Below are positions 19,338 to 28,497 of a DNA stretch of 48,425 nucleotides, piece by piece. The stretch spans positions 1 through 48,425 of the forward strand of contig CAJOGA010000007.1 of the NCBI GenBank assembly GCA_905233855.1, in the 5' to 3' direction. The notes under the pieces are model-generated. The model was not told where the DNA came from. It saw only the letters and a program-made list of their open reading frames with translations, and did no database searches. Position numbers and translations under genes: made by a program. Source of the stretch: an uncultured Clostridia bacterium. GTDB taxonomy: Bacteria; Bacillota; Clostridia; UBA1381; CAJOGA01. How positions within the stretch are numbered: position 1 is the stretch's first letter; every line of letters begins with the position of its first letter.

Positions 19338-19423
19338 CTGTTTTTTTGCGTCATGCAAAACACAGTGTTTTATAAACCGTTTTCGGCATATTTTCAAGAC
19401 TGCGTTCCGGAACCGGTGCAATA

Positions 19424-19453
19424 TTGACTGCTGTCTTTAATAAAAATCATAAT
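19424..19453 (+). promoter_or_regulatory. Candidate promoter for the downstream membrane protein gene
   Basis: TTGACT (19424-19429), 18-nt spacer, CATAAT (19448-19453). Confidence 0.4.
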
Positions 19454-19488
19454 CATTAACAACAATACCGGAAAGGATTTGTGGCTTT

Positions 19489-20733
19489 ATGGCAGATTTA
19501 AAGAAAAAAAATTCACATTTGCAAAACTATCTTACAATCATACTCTCAATGCTGGGTGTATATTTTGTAATATCAGCATTTACGGGAATATGGCCGCTCA
19601 GCATCAACAACTATAATTCCTACTCTCTGCAGGCACAGCGCTGGCTTGAAGGCCATTTGGATTTAGGCAGAGATTACTCACATTTGGAGCTTGCGTTTTT
19701 CAACGACAAAGTGTATGTCAGCTTTCCGCCGTTCCCGTCTTTCGTTATGCTGCCATTCGTCATACTTTTCGGCACAAACACTCCCGACCATCTTATAACC
19801 ATGATTATAGGTATAGTTGGTGCAATATATATTTATCATCTTGCTCTTTTGAAAAACATTCCTGACAACAAAAGCGTATTTTTGGCATTGTTTTCCACTA
19901 TTGCAAGCAACTTTTTATTCGTCGGTGCAAACGGCAGTGTTTGGTTTATAGCCCAAACAATGTCATTCACGCTTTGTGTCATGTCAATTTACTATGCCTC
20001 CACCGCAAAACAAGCTCATGCCGGCGTCTCGCTTGCATTATGGGCATGTGCTGTGGGGTGCAGACCGTTTCAGGCAGTGTACATACCTATCCTTCTCTAT
20101 CTGATATATAAAAAGTTTAAAAATGCATCACCGGATATAAAATTTGCCGGTCTTATCAAACAATATGCATTGGCGTCAATCGGTGCAATTGTGATTGCGT
20201 TGGTGTATATGACGCTCAACTATATGCGTTTCGGCAACGTTACCGAGTTCGGACATAACTATCTTCCGGAATTTACCGAAGCACAGTACGGTCAATTCAG
20301 CTCTTTTTATCTTGCGGAAAATATACACAGACTGTTCCGTCTTCCTTCTCTGACCGACAGCAAAGCCCTGAACTTCCCTATCTTTGACGGAGTTGCGTTT
20401 TGGCTTGTAAGTCCGGTTTTTGTTTTGTATCTGCTGATGTTTGTTATTTCCTTTTTCACCAAAGACAAGCATGATAAAACGATTTTGTTTTTAACGCCTG
20501 CATTGATAATTATACATCTGCTGCTTTTATGTATGCACAGGACAATGGGCGGCTGGCAATGGGGCAACAGATACACCGTTGATGCGATACCGTTTGTCGT
20601 GCTTGCATTGGTGCATCTGTTTCCGAAGCAGGAGCTTAAAATCAATTTGAAGCCGTATGTTGCATTGATGTTCTTTATAGGACTTGGACTTAATTTGGTT
20701 GGTACAATAGCTTTGCATTGCGGCTGGATTTAA
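19489..20733 (+). CDS. Polytopic membrane protein, GT-C-fold glycosyltransferase-like (ArnT/PMT_2-like)
   Basis: 414 aa with more than 10 TM segments. The first extracytoplasmic loop reads QAQRWLEGHLDL..ELAFFNDKVYVSFPPFPSFVMLPF, which resembles GT-C lipid-linked sugar transferases. The call rests on resemblance only. Confidence 0.45.
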   Translation: MADLKKKNSHLQNYLTIILSMLGVYFVISAFTGIWPLSINNYNSYSLQAQRWLEGHLDLGRDYSHLELAFFNDKVYVSFPPFPSFVMLPFVILFGTNTPDHLITMIIGIVGAIYIYHLALLKNIPDNKSVFLALFSTIASNFLFVGANGSVWFIAQTMSFTLCVMSIYYASTAKQAHAGVSLALWACAVGCRPFQAVYIPILLYLIYKKFKNASPDIKFAGLIKQYALASIGAIVIALVYMTLNYMRFGNVTEFGHNYLPEFTEAQYGQFSSFYLAENIHRLFRLPSLTDSKALNFPIFDGVAFWLVSPVFVLYLLMFVISFFTKDKHDKTILFLTPALIIIHLLLLCMHRTMGGWQWGNRYTVDAIPFVVLALVHLFPKQELKINLKPYVALMFFIGLGLNLVGTIALHCGWI

Positions 20734-21146
20734 TACCTACGGAGCTTGTTTTTCATATTGATACCCAGTATGCCTCCGAAACATCCGCCTATAACGCTTG
20801 TTGCAAACATACTCAAGCAGTGAAGATTGAAAATCATTTTGCAGTTTACAGCAGACGATATCAAAAACGCTGCTATGAAATACAGCACTGCTGCGGCTCC
20901 GCCATAAATCCAACCTGATTTGGGTGCGTTTTTGCCGCTTATTATACCGCCTATAATTACACTTATGAGCGTAACAACAAATACGAGCGGTTCAAGGCTG
21001 CTCTGCGGTAAGCTTGTAAAGGTGAGCAACAATCCCGTTATCAAAAAGGCTATCACCGATATTATAGCGGCGATTGCCGCGGCAATAAGGACGGTTTTAA
21101 GTGAATTTCCCGTGTCGGTTGTGAATGAAGTGTCTTTGCTTTGCAT
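20730..21146 (-). CDS. Small integral membrane protein (3-4 TM, TIGR04086-like)
   Basis: Hydrophobic ORF. The start is chosen at ATG 21146 (MQSKDTSF) with AAAGG about 10 nt upstream. The track start at 21182 is a GTG lying inside the arm of a 24-bp-stem palindrome. Confidence 0.55.
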   Translation of the reverse strand: MQSKDTSFTTDTGNSLKTVLIAAAIAAIISVIAFLITGLLLTFTSLPQSSLEPLVFVVTLISVIIGGIISGKNAPKSGWIYGGAAAVLYFIAAFLISSAVNCKMIFNLHCLSMFATSVIGGCFGGILGINMKNKLRRY

Positions 21147-21174
21147 AAAATCATTACCTTTCATAAGAAAAATT

Positions 21175-21226
21175 AAAGCCACTGAATATTGTAGTATTTT
21201 GCAATACTACAATATTCAGTGGCTTT
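21175..21226 (-). terminator. Palindrome copy A: perfect 24-bp stem with 4-nt loop, terminator-like on the minus strand
   Basis: AAAGCCACTGAATATTGTAGTATT-ttgc-AATACTACAATATTCAGTGGCTTT. On the minus strand it is followed by UUUAAUUUUU. It ends 28 nt upstream of the next start codon. Confidence 0.6.
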
Positions 21227-21461
21227 TCAGACTGTCGAAAAAGTCGCCCGACCGCAGAAATATTATTATTTACGGTCAGCGGCTTTTTGCATTTATTGCG
21301 TAAACTCATGTCTGTAACTTTTTAAAAAAACAGTTCTGTTACTTGCTTTTGACGATTTTGAACTCTGACGTACACACGTACGCCGACGAATTCAAAATCG
21401 CCAAATCTGCCTTCCTTTTTCGCAGCCTGCCAGCGTGCCGATAGGTTTATCGACACGCTGT

Positions 21462-21504
21462 AAAGCCACTGAATATTGCAATACTACAATATTCAGTGGC
21501 TTTT
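21462..21504 (-). terminator. Palindrome copy B: same element lacking 10 nt, 16-bp stem with 10-nt loop, just downstream of yajC
   Basis: AAAGCCACTGAATATT-gcaatactac-AATATTCAGTGGCTTT. It is identical to copy A except for the deletion of TAGTATTTTG. Confidence 0.55.
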
Positions 21505-21518
21505 GATTTAATGCTTAT

Positions 21519-21929
21519 TTATTTTTCTTCTTTTACTTCTATTACTTGTTTTTCTTCTTTTACATCTTCAGAAGACTCCAAAACGTCTTTTACTGCCCAT
21601 TTTGCAACACGCATAAACGACTTTTCGTTTGGATTGCCGATACTTCCCGTTTCAAACACAACTTCGTCATCTTTAATTTTGGTAACCTTACCGACTATTC
21701 CGCCTATAGTTTGTATTTTATCGCCCACTTTTAATGCCGCAAGCATCTCTTTTGCTTTCTTCTCCTTCTTTTGCTGAGGACGTAAAATTATAAAATAAAA
21801 CAAAGCAATCAACAAAACAAGCATCAACGGCTGAACCAACATTCCTGTCCACGACGGAACGGGTGTGCCTTCAACCGAATCTACTATCTGCTCCGCTTCG
21901 TCAGCGAAAGCAACTAAATTCATAAACAT
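21519..21929 (-). CDS. yajC: Preprotein translocase subunit YajC (with acidic/Lys-rich C-terminal tail)
   Basis: Shows LIALFYFIILRPQQKKEKKAKEMLAALKVGDKIQTIGGIVGKV. AGGAGG lies 8 nt upstream of the ATG. Confidence 0.9.
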   Translation of the reverse strand: MFMNLVAFADEAEQIVDSVEGTPVPSWTGMLVQPLMLVLLIALFYFIILRPQQKKEKKAKEMLAALKVGDKIQTIGGIVGKVTKIKDDEVVFETGSIGNPNEKSFMRVAKWAVKDVLESSEDVKEEKQVIEVKEEK

Positions 21930-21976
21930 AGCATAATCCTCCTAAAAATCAACAATAATTGTAAATTACAATGAGT

Positions 21977-22005
21977 ATTATACTAATTTTTTTGCGTATA
22001 TGCAA
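21977..22005 (-). promoter_or_regulatory. Sigma-A-type promoter for yajC
   Basis: On the minus strand: TTGCAT (22005-22000), 17-nt spacer, TATAAT (21982-21977). Confidence 0.6.
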
Positions 22006-22040
22006 GCTATTTTTTTACAATTCATATTAAATTCAAAATT

Positions 22041-22769
22041 TCACGCTCCCGCAATAACGTCAGTAGGATTGATATGCTCTCCGTTCTTTATTACTTCTAT
22101 GTGCAAATGTGTGCTTTCCATCGTCTCGCCTATCGCACTTGTGCCTACTCCGCTTATAACATCGCCCTGTTTAACGCTCTGCCCTTTTTTAACCATCTCG
22201 TCTGACGACAAATTGGCATACACGCTTTTATATCCGTTATTGTGGTCTATAACTATGGTTATGCCCAAAATCGGGTCTGTGGTTATATCCTCCACTACGC
22301 CGTCAAACCCTGCAAACACCTTATCCCCCACCTTCGCCGACACATCTATGCCGTTGTGGATTCGCCAATCGTCCAACGTTTGTGAATACACCAATGTATT
22401 GCCGCTGTATTCTTTTGTTATATTTAAATTCATGCCCAATACAAGCTTGAATTCCCGAGGCACACTCTCCTGCACGTCATCCTTTACCGATGCAACCGAT
22501 GCGGTTTTGTTTTGTGTATCAGGCTTTGCGGTAGGTTTAGGGGTAGGCTGTATAACCGGTGTGCCCGTAATCTCCGTCCCCAACTCCGGCGGATCTATAA
22601 CCACGTTCATTTCATGTTTGGACGCCTCTTCATTGTTTGGTTTTTTGTTGTGGTTCAATGTAAAATAACCGTTAACAGCAATAATTGAAAAGCAAACTAT
22701 AACCGCTATATAAAACCCGTTACCGTCCAGTATTCTTGATATAATTTTCTTGCATTTTTTATCTTTCAT
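22041..22769 (-). CDS. M23/LytM family metallopeptidase with N-terminal membrane anchor (SpoIIQ-like architecture)
   Basis: Has HNGIDV (HxxxD) and HLHIEV (HxH) zinc motifs and a single N-terminal TM. The start is set at ATG 22769 with AAAGGGTG 6 nt upstream. The track start at 22814 is TTG. Confidence 0.85.
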   Translation of the reverse strand: MKDKKCKKIISRILDGNGFYIAVIVCFSIIAVNGYFTLNHNKKPNNEEASKHEMNVVIDPPELGTEITGTPVIQPTPKPTAKPDTQNKTASVASVKDDVQESVPREFKLVLGMNLNITKEYSGNTLVYSQTLDDWRIHNGIDVSAKVGDKVFAGFDGVVEDITTDPILGITIVIDHNNGYKSVYANLSSDEMVKKGQSVKQGDVISGVGTSAIGETMESTHLHIEVIKNGEHINPTDVIAGA

Positions 22770-22938
22770 GGAAAACACCCTTTCAAGCTTTTTTGTATTA
22801 GAAAGTATCTCCAATTCACTTAAAATTTATACGCATTTTGCCGAATTTGATTGTATTAAAAAATTATTAACAATTTCCTATTCCCAAATCAATATTTATA
22901 TAGTATAATGGTATTAGAAGAAATGAGGTGTTTAGAAA

Positions 22939-23580
22939 ATGAAGATAGAAAAGATAGATGCAAACCACATAAAAATAACGGTTGACAGTTTAGACTTCGA
23001 AATATTCAATATCGAACTATCGTCGCTCACCCCTGATTCTCCGCAACTGCACACATTCCTGTTCTCAATGATGCAACAGGCACAGCACGAAACGGGGTTT
23101 AATCCGTACAACGGACAAATCCTTATAGAAGCTGTACCCGGCAAAAACAATATTGTTTTTCTGATAAGCAGAATCGATGCGGATGTTCCAAAACCGCCAC
23201 GCAAGGTGTATAAATACAAAGATAAAACCTTCACGGTTTCAGTCAAGCATAATAGTGCAGATAATCCGCCGGTAAAATCCGATGTAAGTATTCATATGGC
23301 ATACCGTTTCGACTCATTTGCCAATCTTGAGCAAGGCATTTCCATGCTGACATACACTTTGCTCAGAAAAGGTGCTGTGTATAAAATGGATGACAATTAC
23401 TATCTTATCTTTTCGTTGAACGACATTGAACGCACCAAAGACAGCATTAATGCAAAATTATCTGAATTTTGCGTGCCGCTGGGCTGTAAAAGAAATATGA
23501 AGGATCACTTACAGGAACACGCTATACTTGTGGCAAAGGGTGTTAATCTGGTTAAGTTTGCAAAGCTTCAAAAAAGCTGA
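22939..23580 (+). CDS. mecA: Adaptor protein MecA
   Basis: The N-terminus MKIEKIDANHIKITVDSLDFEIFNIEL is typical of MecA. Length is 213 aa. GAGGTG lies 8 nt upstream. Confidence 0.7.
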   Translation: MKIEKIDANHIKITVDSLDFEIFNIELSSLTPDSPQLHTFLFSMMQQAQHETGFNPYNGQILIEAVPGKNNIVFLISRIDADVPKPPRKVYKYKDKTFTVSVKHNSADNPPVKSDVSIHMAYRFDSFANLEQGISMLTYTLLRKGAVYKMDDNYYLIFSLNDIERTKDSINAKLSEFCVPLGCKRNMKDHLQEHAILVAKGVNLVKFAKLQKS

Positions 23581-23594
23581 TTTTTGTCAGACAA

Positions 23595-23636
23595 AAAAGC
23601 CAATCTGTTCTGCTTTTTAAGAACCGATTGGCTTTT
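23595..23636. terminator. Bidirectional terminator between mecA and tcdA
   Basis: AAAAGCCAATC (23595-23605) pairs with GATTGGCTTTT (23626-23636), with an inner GTTC/GAAC extension. Confidence 0.75.
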
Positions 23637-23637
23637 T

Positions 23638-24357
23638 CTATTTTAATATACCTATAATATCCTTAACAACTTCTCCGGCAATTATCAAACCTGCCACCGA
23701 AGGCACAAACGACACGCTGCCCGGCGGCTGTTTCCGTGCGTTTTTAACATTTTCATCGTCAATTATCGGCTTAAGCGGCGGCTCGGTTGAGTACACAACC
23801 TTCAACCTGTCAATGCCCAACGCTTTCAGCTCTTTTCGCATAACACGGCACAAAGGACACACCGATGTGTTGTATATATCCGACACTTCAAAACGTGTCG
23901 GGTCAAGCTTATTCCCTGCCCCCATACAGCTTATAACCGGTACATTTGCCCTGTAGGCATTTTTTATCAATAGCAGCTTTGACGATACTGTGTCAATCGC
24001 GTCAACTATATACGAATATTTTGAAAAGTCAAAAACGTCTGCATTATCGGCACCGTAAAAGCATCTGTATGCATGCACCACAGCATCGGGATTTATCTCC
24101 GATATTCTGCTTTGTGCCACCTCTGTTTTGCTCATTCCGACAGTTTTATGCGTTGCTATCAGCTGCCGGTTTATATTTGTTATGTCCACAACATCATTGT
24201 CTATCACCGATATTTCACCAACACCGCACCGTGCAAGTGCCTCGACGGTATACGAACCGACACCGCCTATGCCGAATACGGCAACGTGTGCGTTTTTTAA
24301 CTTATCTATCGCATCTGAACCCAACAGCATTTGTGTCCTGGAAAAAGCGTTGTTCAT
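23638..24357 (-). CDS. tcdA: tRNA threonylcarbamoyladenosine dehydratase (ThiF/E1-like, TcdA family)
   Basis: Has the Rossmann motif VFGIGGVGSY, plus DNDVVDITNINRQ and a CxxC (CPLC). Confidence 0.8.
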   Translation of the reverse strand: MNNAFSRTQMLLGSDAIDKLKNAHVAVFGIGGVGSYTVEALARCGVGEISVIDNDVVDITNINRQLIATHKTVGMSKTEVAQSRISEINPDAVVHAYRCFYGADNADVFDFSKYSYIVDAIDTVSSKLLLIKNAYRANVPVISCMGAGNKLDPTRFEVSDIYNTSVCPLCRVMRKELKALGIDRLKVVYSTEPPLKPIIDDENVKNARKQPPGSVSFVPSVAGLIIAGEVVKDIIGILK

Positions 24358-24380
24358 AAAATTTCACCTTCCTGACAACA

Positions 24381-24409
24381 AGTATATCAAAAAAGCGTTT
24401 CTATTTCAA
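24381..24409 (-). promoter_or_regulatory. Candidate sigma-A promoter for tcdA, overlapping the stop codon of the upstream ger gene
   Basis: On the minus strand: TTGAAA (24409-24404), 17-nt spacer, TATACT (24386-24381). Confidence 0.45.
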
Positions 24410-25503
24410 GAACCTATACAACCTTTTCCGGACTTTGTCTTTATCTCCGCCCCTATCCACACAGCCGCCGGGATAATCACCTGAAACGGCAAAGCATATA
24501 TCCTGTAAATATTAACAAAATCAGAGGTTTCCATCGTTGTCCTTAATATAATGACAGAAAATGCGACAGTTAAAAAGCTTATGGGAATTATCAACGCATT
24601 TCCGTTATTAAGATTAAATACCGACGAAACTGCCTCACAACCCGCTGTTACGGCTACTGCAACCTTTGATATGCCAACCAGCATCAGTGCAAACGACACC
24701 ACTGACTCTATTCGCGTGTCTATACTGCCCATTCTTATAACGCTGGCGGCCTTGTAAAACGGATAGTACGAGTTTGCCGCAAGCGTTTCGCCAAGCACTG
24801 CAATATTCTGCATCAGCACTACTACAAGCAGCGGTATTGATATAAGCGTGCCAAAGATAAAAATTTTATACGGATTCGACTTTTCTTCAAGCCTGTCCGT
24901 CATGCTGAGGAGCAACACCGTCTCGCCGAACGGCAATGACAGATAGTTTAAGCTGTCCGGTATAAGTTCTTTTAAACTTCTGTTGTTGACCGGCAGCAAA
25001 TTTTGCAAATCTGCCTGATGCAGCGATGCCAACACCATAGCTGCAACCGCTACAAACGCACCAAGCGTCATCAGCTTACACCACTTGCCCAAAACTTGCA
25101 CTCCGCTTTTGGCAATATACGTGCAAACGCAGAAAAACGCCAGACAAATAACAATATACGGCGTTTGGGAAAGCAACACCAAATGTACAAACTGTGTGTA
25201 ATTACCGCGTATCATTCCGGCAAGCGTTATAAAATAAAATGCAAACAGCACCGAAACTATTATCCCGACGGTTCGTCCGAAAACGTATTGCGTCATTTGA
25301 AATATGTTTTTACCCGGCAGCAGAAACACCATTCTGGCATACATGCCCATCAATGCAAAAAATATCGGCACACCCACTATAAGCGACAGCCACACGCCCG
25401 ACCCGTCATGTAAAGATGAAAAACCGAATATGATGTTGTTGCTTATCTGGATTATAATTATTATTGCCGCCGCATTTTGTGCGGAAAGTTTCTCTTTTAA
25501 CAT
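24406..25503 (-). CDS. Spore germinant receptor B subunit (GerAB/GerKB-type spore permease)
   Basis: 365 aa with about 10 TM segments, an APC-like permease lying in an operon with A and C subunits. GGAGG lies 5 nt upstream. Confidence 0.85.
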   Translation of the reverse strand: MLKEKLSAQNAAAIIIIIQISNNIIFGFSSLHDGSGVWLSLIVGVPIFFALMGMYARMVFLLPGKNIFQMTQYVFGRTVGIIVSVLFAFYFITLAGMIRGNYTQFVHLVLLSQTPYIVICLAFFCVCTYIAKSGVQVLGKWCKLMTLGAFVAVAAMVLASLHQADLQNLLPVNNRSLKELIPDSLNYLSLPFGETVLLLSMTDRLEEKSNPYKIFIFGTLISIPLLVVVLMQNIAVLGETLAANSYYPFYKAASVIRMGSIDTRIESVVSFALMLVGISKVAVAVTAGCEAVSSVFNLNNGNALIIPISFLTVAFSVIILRTTMETSDFVNIYRIYALPFQVIIPAAVWIGAEIKTKSGKGCIGS

Positions 25504-25517
25504 ACATGCCTCCGTAA

Positions 25518-25727
25518 TTATGGATTAAAATACATTTTAATCATATATTCTATTGGTTTGAGCGGGCTTGGAACATATATGTCAAAACACGCCAGCGAAA
25601 GTATTAAATATCCCGCACACGCAAAAAGTAATTTTATCAGAAACTGCTTTTTGCTTTTTCTGTCGGCAAATATGTCTGCGAACAGAATTACGGCAAAAAA
25701 CAGCGTTACAATAACAAATACCAACAT
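25518..25727 (-). CDS. Small two-TM membrane protein inside the ger operon (possible germinant receptor D-type subunit)
   Basis: 69 aa with two hydrophobic helices. GGAG lies 6 nt upstream of the ATG. It fits exactly between the C-subunit stop and the B-subunit RBS. Confidence 0.5.
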   Translation of the reverse strand: MLVFVIVTLFFAVILFADIFADRKSKKQFLIKLLFACAGYLILSLACFDIYVPSPLKPIEYMIKMYFNP

Positions 25728-25739
25728 AATAATCTCCGT

Positions 25740-26885
25740 CTAATACTTTTTAATCAAACCTGTATCCTGAATCTTCAGCTTACAGTTTACATTTATCTGT
25801 GCCGACGCAAAGGCATTGTCCCAATTATCTTTAACACTTTCCCAGAGCTTTGCATCATGTGTGCGAAGATATTCTCCGAAGCCGAAAATATCAACACCGT
25901 AAGTTTTTTGTGCTTTTTGTATAAACGAAGCAATGTCTGTGCTTAACTTCTGAGATGATAATTGTTCTGTTTTTCTTACGGTATCCGAAGTTATATCACC
26001 CCAACCCGGTGAAAATTCAACCGCCGCAACATCTGCGTCTATATCAACGTTAAACACAAATTGATCTCCGCTATGTTCAACGTCATATTTTGAACGGCTT
26101 TTCCTCACCGTCAGTGTTACGCTTTTTTCGCCGTTTTGATACTCTTGAAAAATATCAAAGCTGTTGTTGCCCGATTTACCTGCCGCTAAAAGGTAGAACG
26201 GCACTTCGTCATACGGCAAAGCACCTATCATTTTATCGTTTGAAAACACTGCCAGACCGCTTAATTCCATTTCACCTTCACGTTTATGCGAAAGCCCCAC
26301 TATCGGAAGCGTTATACCCAAATCACCCGTTGACAAGGTGTTATATATCCGATAAAGCGGCCACGTTTTAGGTGAATCTATATTTTCAGAAGCAAAACCT
26401 ATATTCGGATTTATGTCGTACGACACTATAGTTTCATCATCGGTCGACTTTATAACATCCTTTGCCTTTTCCTCGCCCGATATTATAATAAAAAGATTAT
26501 TCCGCATTTCAACATCACGAAGTAAAGGGTCTATAAACACCTCAAGTCCCTGCTTTTCCGCCACAGCCCTGCTTATAATAACAGTTTCTGCGTTTCCGAA
26601 ATACATATTGTTATTCACCTTATTATTTGCCTTGTACACAGCCTCCGCCAAGGTTTTGCCCTCTGTTTGTACCAATATCGGCTTCGGCTTTGCGTTGCCG
26701 TCCGAGCTTGAAAGGCTGACTATCTCAAACGATACTATTATTCCGTCTTCGCCGTTTTCAGGCTCGTCGATTGCCATACCCGCAACAATGGCAAGCTCGT
26801 TGATGCCGCGGTAGTCCCAGCACCCGCACATACAGGTGCACAGCATCACGCTCATGCATAGTATCAAAAGTTTTTTTCTCATCAC
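25740..26885 (-). CDS. Spore germinant receptor C subunit (Ger(x)C lipoprotein)
   Basis: Has a lipobox-like leader MMRKKLLILCMSVMLCTCMCGCWDYRGINELAIVAGMAID, the hallmark GerAC N-terminus. Confidence 0.9.
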   Translation of the reverse strand: MMRKKLLILCMSVMLCTCMCGCWDYRGINELAIVAGMAIDEPENGEDGIIVSFEIVSLSSSDGNAKPKPILVQTEGKTLAEAVYKANNKVNNNMYFGNAETVIISRAVAEKQGLEVFIDPLLRDVEMRNNLFIIISGEEKAKDVIKSTDDETIVSYDINPNIGFASENIDSPKTWPLYRIYNTLSTGDLGITLPIVGLSHKREGEMELSGLAVFSNDKMIGALPYDEVPFYLLAAGKSGNNSFDIFQEYQNGEKSVTLTVRKSRSKYDVEHSGDQFVFNVDIDADVAAVEFSPGWGDITSDTVRKTEQLSSQKLSTDIASFIQKAQKTYGVDIFGFGEYLRTHDAKLWESVKDNWDNAFASAQINVNCKLKIQDTGLIKKY

Positions 26886-26895
26886 TCTTGCTCCT

Positions 26896-28434
26896 TTACT
26901 TTCGGGAGGCGTTTTGCGTTTGCCTTACGATATTATCTGTAAGCGGTTTGTATCGCGTCAGCATTTTAGGCCAAGGAGCACGGATAAAAATGTCTTTAAT
27001 TTCCTGAAAACGAAGACTGTCGGTTTGAGTAAGCATAGGAACGCCAAAGCTTTTTAAATTTATTATATGCACAATAATCACCGCAACACCAACCATCAAC
27101 CCAATAAAGCCCAACAAACTCGACAATATCAGACAAGCATACCTTCCCACCTGACTGGCGGTTGTCAGCCTCGGCACAAGCAGTATCGTAAGACCTGATA
27201 ACGCCACAACGATTATCATAGGTGCTGTTACCAATTTTGCCTCCACCGCCGCCTGACCTATTATTAAAGCACCAACTATACTCATAGCCTGCCCTATATG
27301 ATTTGGCATTCTTATACCGGTTTCACGCAAAATATCGAACAAAATCAGCATAACAAAACATTCCACCGCCGCCGGCAGCGGTGCACCCATACGTTCCGCG
27401 GCAAAATTAAGCATAAGTGCATGCGGCAGTATTTCATGGTGAAATGCAACCAATGATATATACACAGCCGGTATTGTTACCGAAAAGCAGAACGACGCAA
27501 TTCTTAAAAGCCGTGAAAGCGTTGCGTATATTGTGTTCATATAATAATCTTCGTTACTCTGAAAATTTTCTATAAAAAGATACGGAAGCGTTAACACAAC
27601 AGGTGTTCCGTCAACCACAAGAGCAATTCTGCCCTCCAAAAGCTTGCCGACAACAACGTCGGGACGTTCGGTCGTGCCGACTGTGTTAAATCCCAAAAAT
27701 GACCTTTCGGCTATATACTCTTTTATATAATTGCTGTCCAAAATACCGTCTATATTGACCGTTTCAAGACGCCGGTACAGTTCGTTCAAGATGTTTTTGT
27801 TAACAATATTATCCATATACAACACCGCAACAGAGGTGTTGGTCTGCTTGCCTTTTGTTATCATGCGTATTTTCAGGTTGTTGGTACGCAAACGACGTCT
27901 GATGAGTGAAAGATTTGTCATTATGCCTTCTGTAAAGCCCTCACGCGGTCCGCTGAGCACACGTTCCCCCTCAGGTTCACTCAACGACCGCAGCTGAAAA
28001 CTTTTGCTGCTGAACAATAAAGCACTATCACATCCGTCAATCAACAAAAGTGTGTCGCCATACGTTATTGAACCGATTATTTTTTCTATCCGGCAGGTTT
28101 GACTGACATCATTCATCATCACAACATGATTTTTAACCTGTGTCAAAACGTCATGCAAAGGGTCAATATCCTCCGACAGCATCAGCGGCTTTATTATATG
28201 CTCGTTTATGAGCGATGCATCGGTTACTCCGTCGGTATAATAAATGCAAAACGCAAGCGACGGCTGCCGTGCGTTATGGAATTCACGCGACAGCATGGTG
28301 TCGACATTCTCAAACAAGGTATTTATTGTGTCTCTGTTGTTTTTCAACGATTTTGACAAAACTTTTTTGTCTTGTGCGTCCGTATTTTCTGCTTTTTCCG
28401 GAGCTTTTTTTTGTTTTTTTAACCACCTGAACAT
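26896..28434 (-). CDS. Spore germinant receptor A subunit (GerAA family)
   Basis: 512 aa. The soluble N-terminal part (..LLIDG.., ..ERVLSGPREGFTE..) is followed by C-terminal TM helices. It is the first gene of the operon. Confidence 0.9.
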   Translation of the reverse strand: MFRWLKKQKKAPEKAENTDAQDKKVLSKSLKNNRDTINTLFENVDTMLSREFHNARQPSLAFCIYYTDGVTDASLINEHIIKPLMLSEDIDPLHDVLTQVKNHVVMMNDVSQTCRIEKIIGSITYGDTLLLIDGCDSALLFSSKSFQLRSLSEPEGERVLSGPREGFTEGIMTNLSLIRRRLRTNNLKIRMITKGKQTNTSVAVLYMDNIVNKNILNELYRRLETVNIDGILDSNYIKEYIAERSFLGFNTVGTTERPDVVVGKLLEGRIALVVDGTPVVLTLPYLFIENFQSNEDYYMNTIYATLSRLLRIASFCFSVTIPAVYISLVAFHHEILPHALMLNFAAERMGAPLPAAVECFVMLILFDILRETGIRMPNHIGQAMSIVGALIIGQAAVEAKLVTAPMIIVVALSGLTILLVPRLTTASQVGRYACLILSSLLGFIGLMVGVAVIIVHIINLKSFGVPMLTQTDSLRFQEIKDIFIRAPWPKMLTRYKPLTDNIVRQTQNASRK

Positions 28435-28467
28435 TTTTTTACCCCCGCATTTTTCGTATATATATTA

Positions 28468-28496
28468 AAGTATCAACAAAATACGGAAGAATATAC
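28468..28496 (-). promoter_or_regulatory. Weak forespore (sigma-G/F-like) promoter candidate for the ger operon
   Basis: On the minus strand: GTATA (28496-28492), 17-nt spacer, GATACTT (28474-28468). It matches the GHATR-17/18-CATxHTA consensus only partially. Confidence 0.25.
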
Positions 28497-28497
28497 A

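Noticed and set aside
21146-21310. 56-aa minus-strand ORF running through palindrome copy A
   Set aside because: It has no RBS and reads straight through a 24-bp perfect hairpin. It most likely exists only because the region is stop-poor.
22000-22668. 222-aa plus-strand ORF opposite the M23 peptidase gene
   Set aside because: It is a shadow ORF. The minus-strand product carries the intact HxxxD and HxH LytM motifs.
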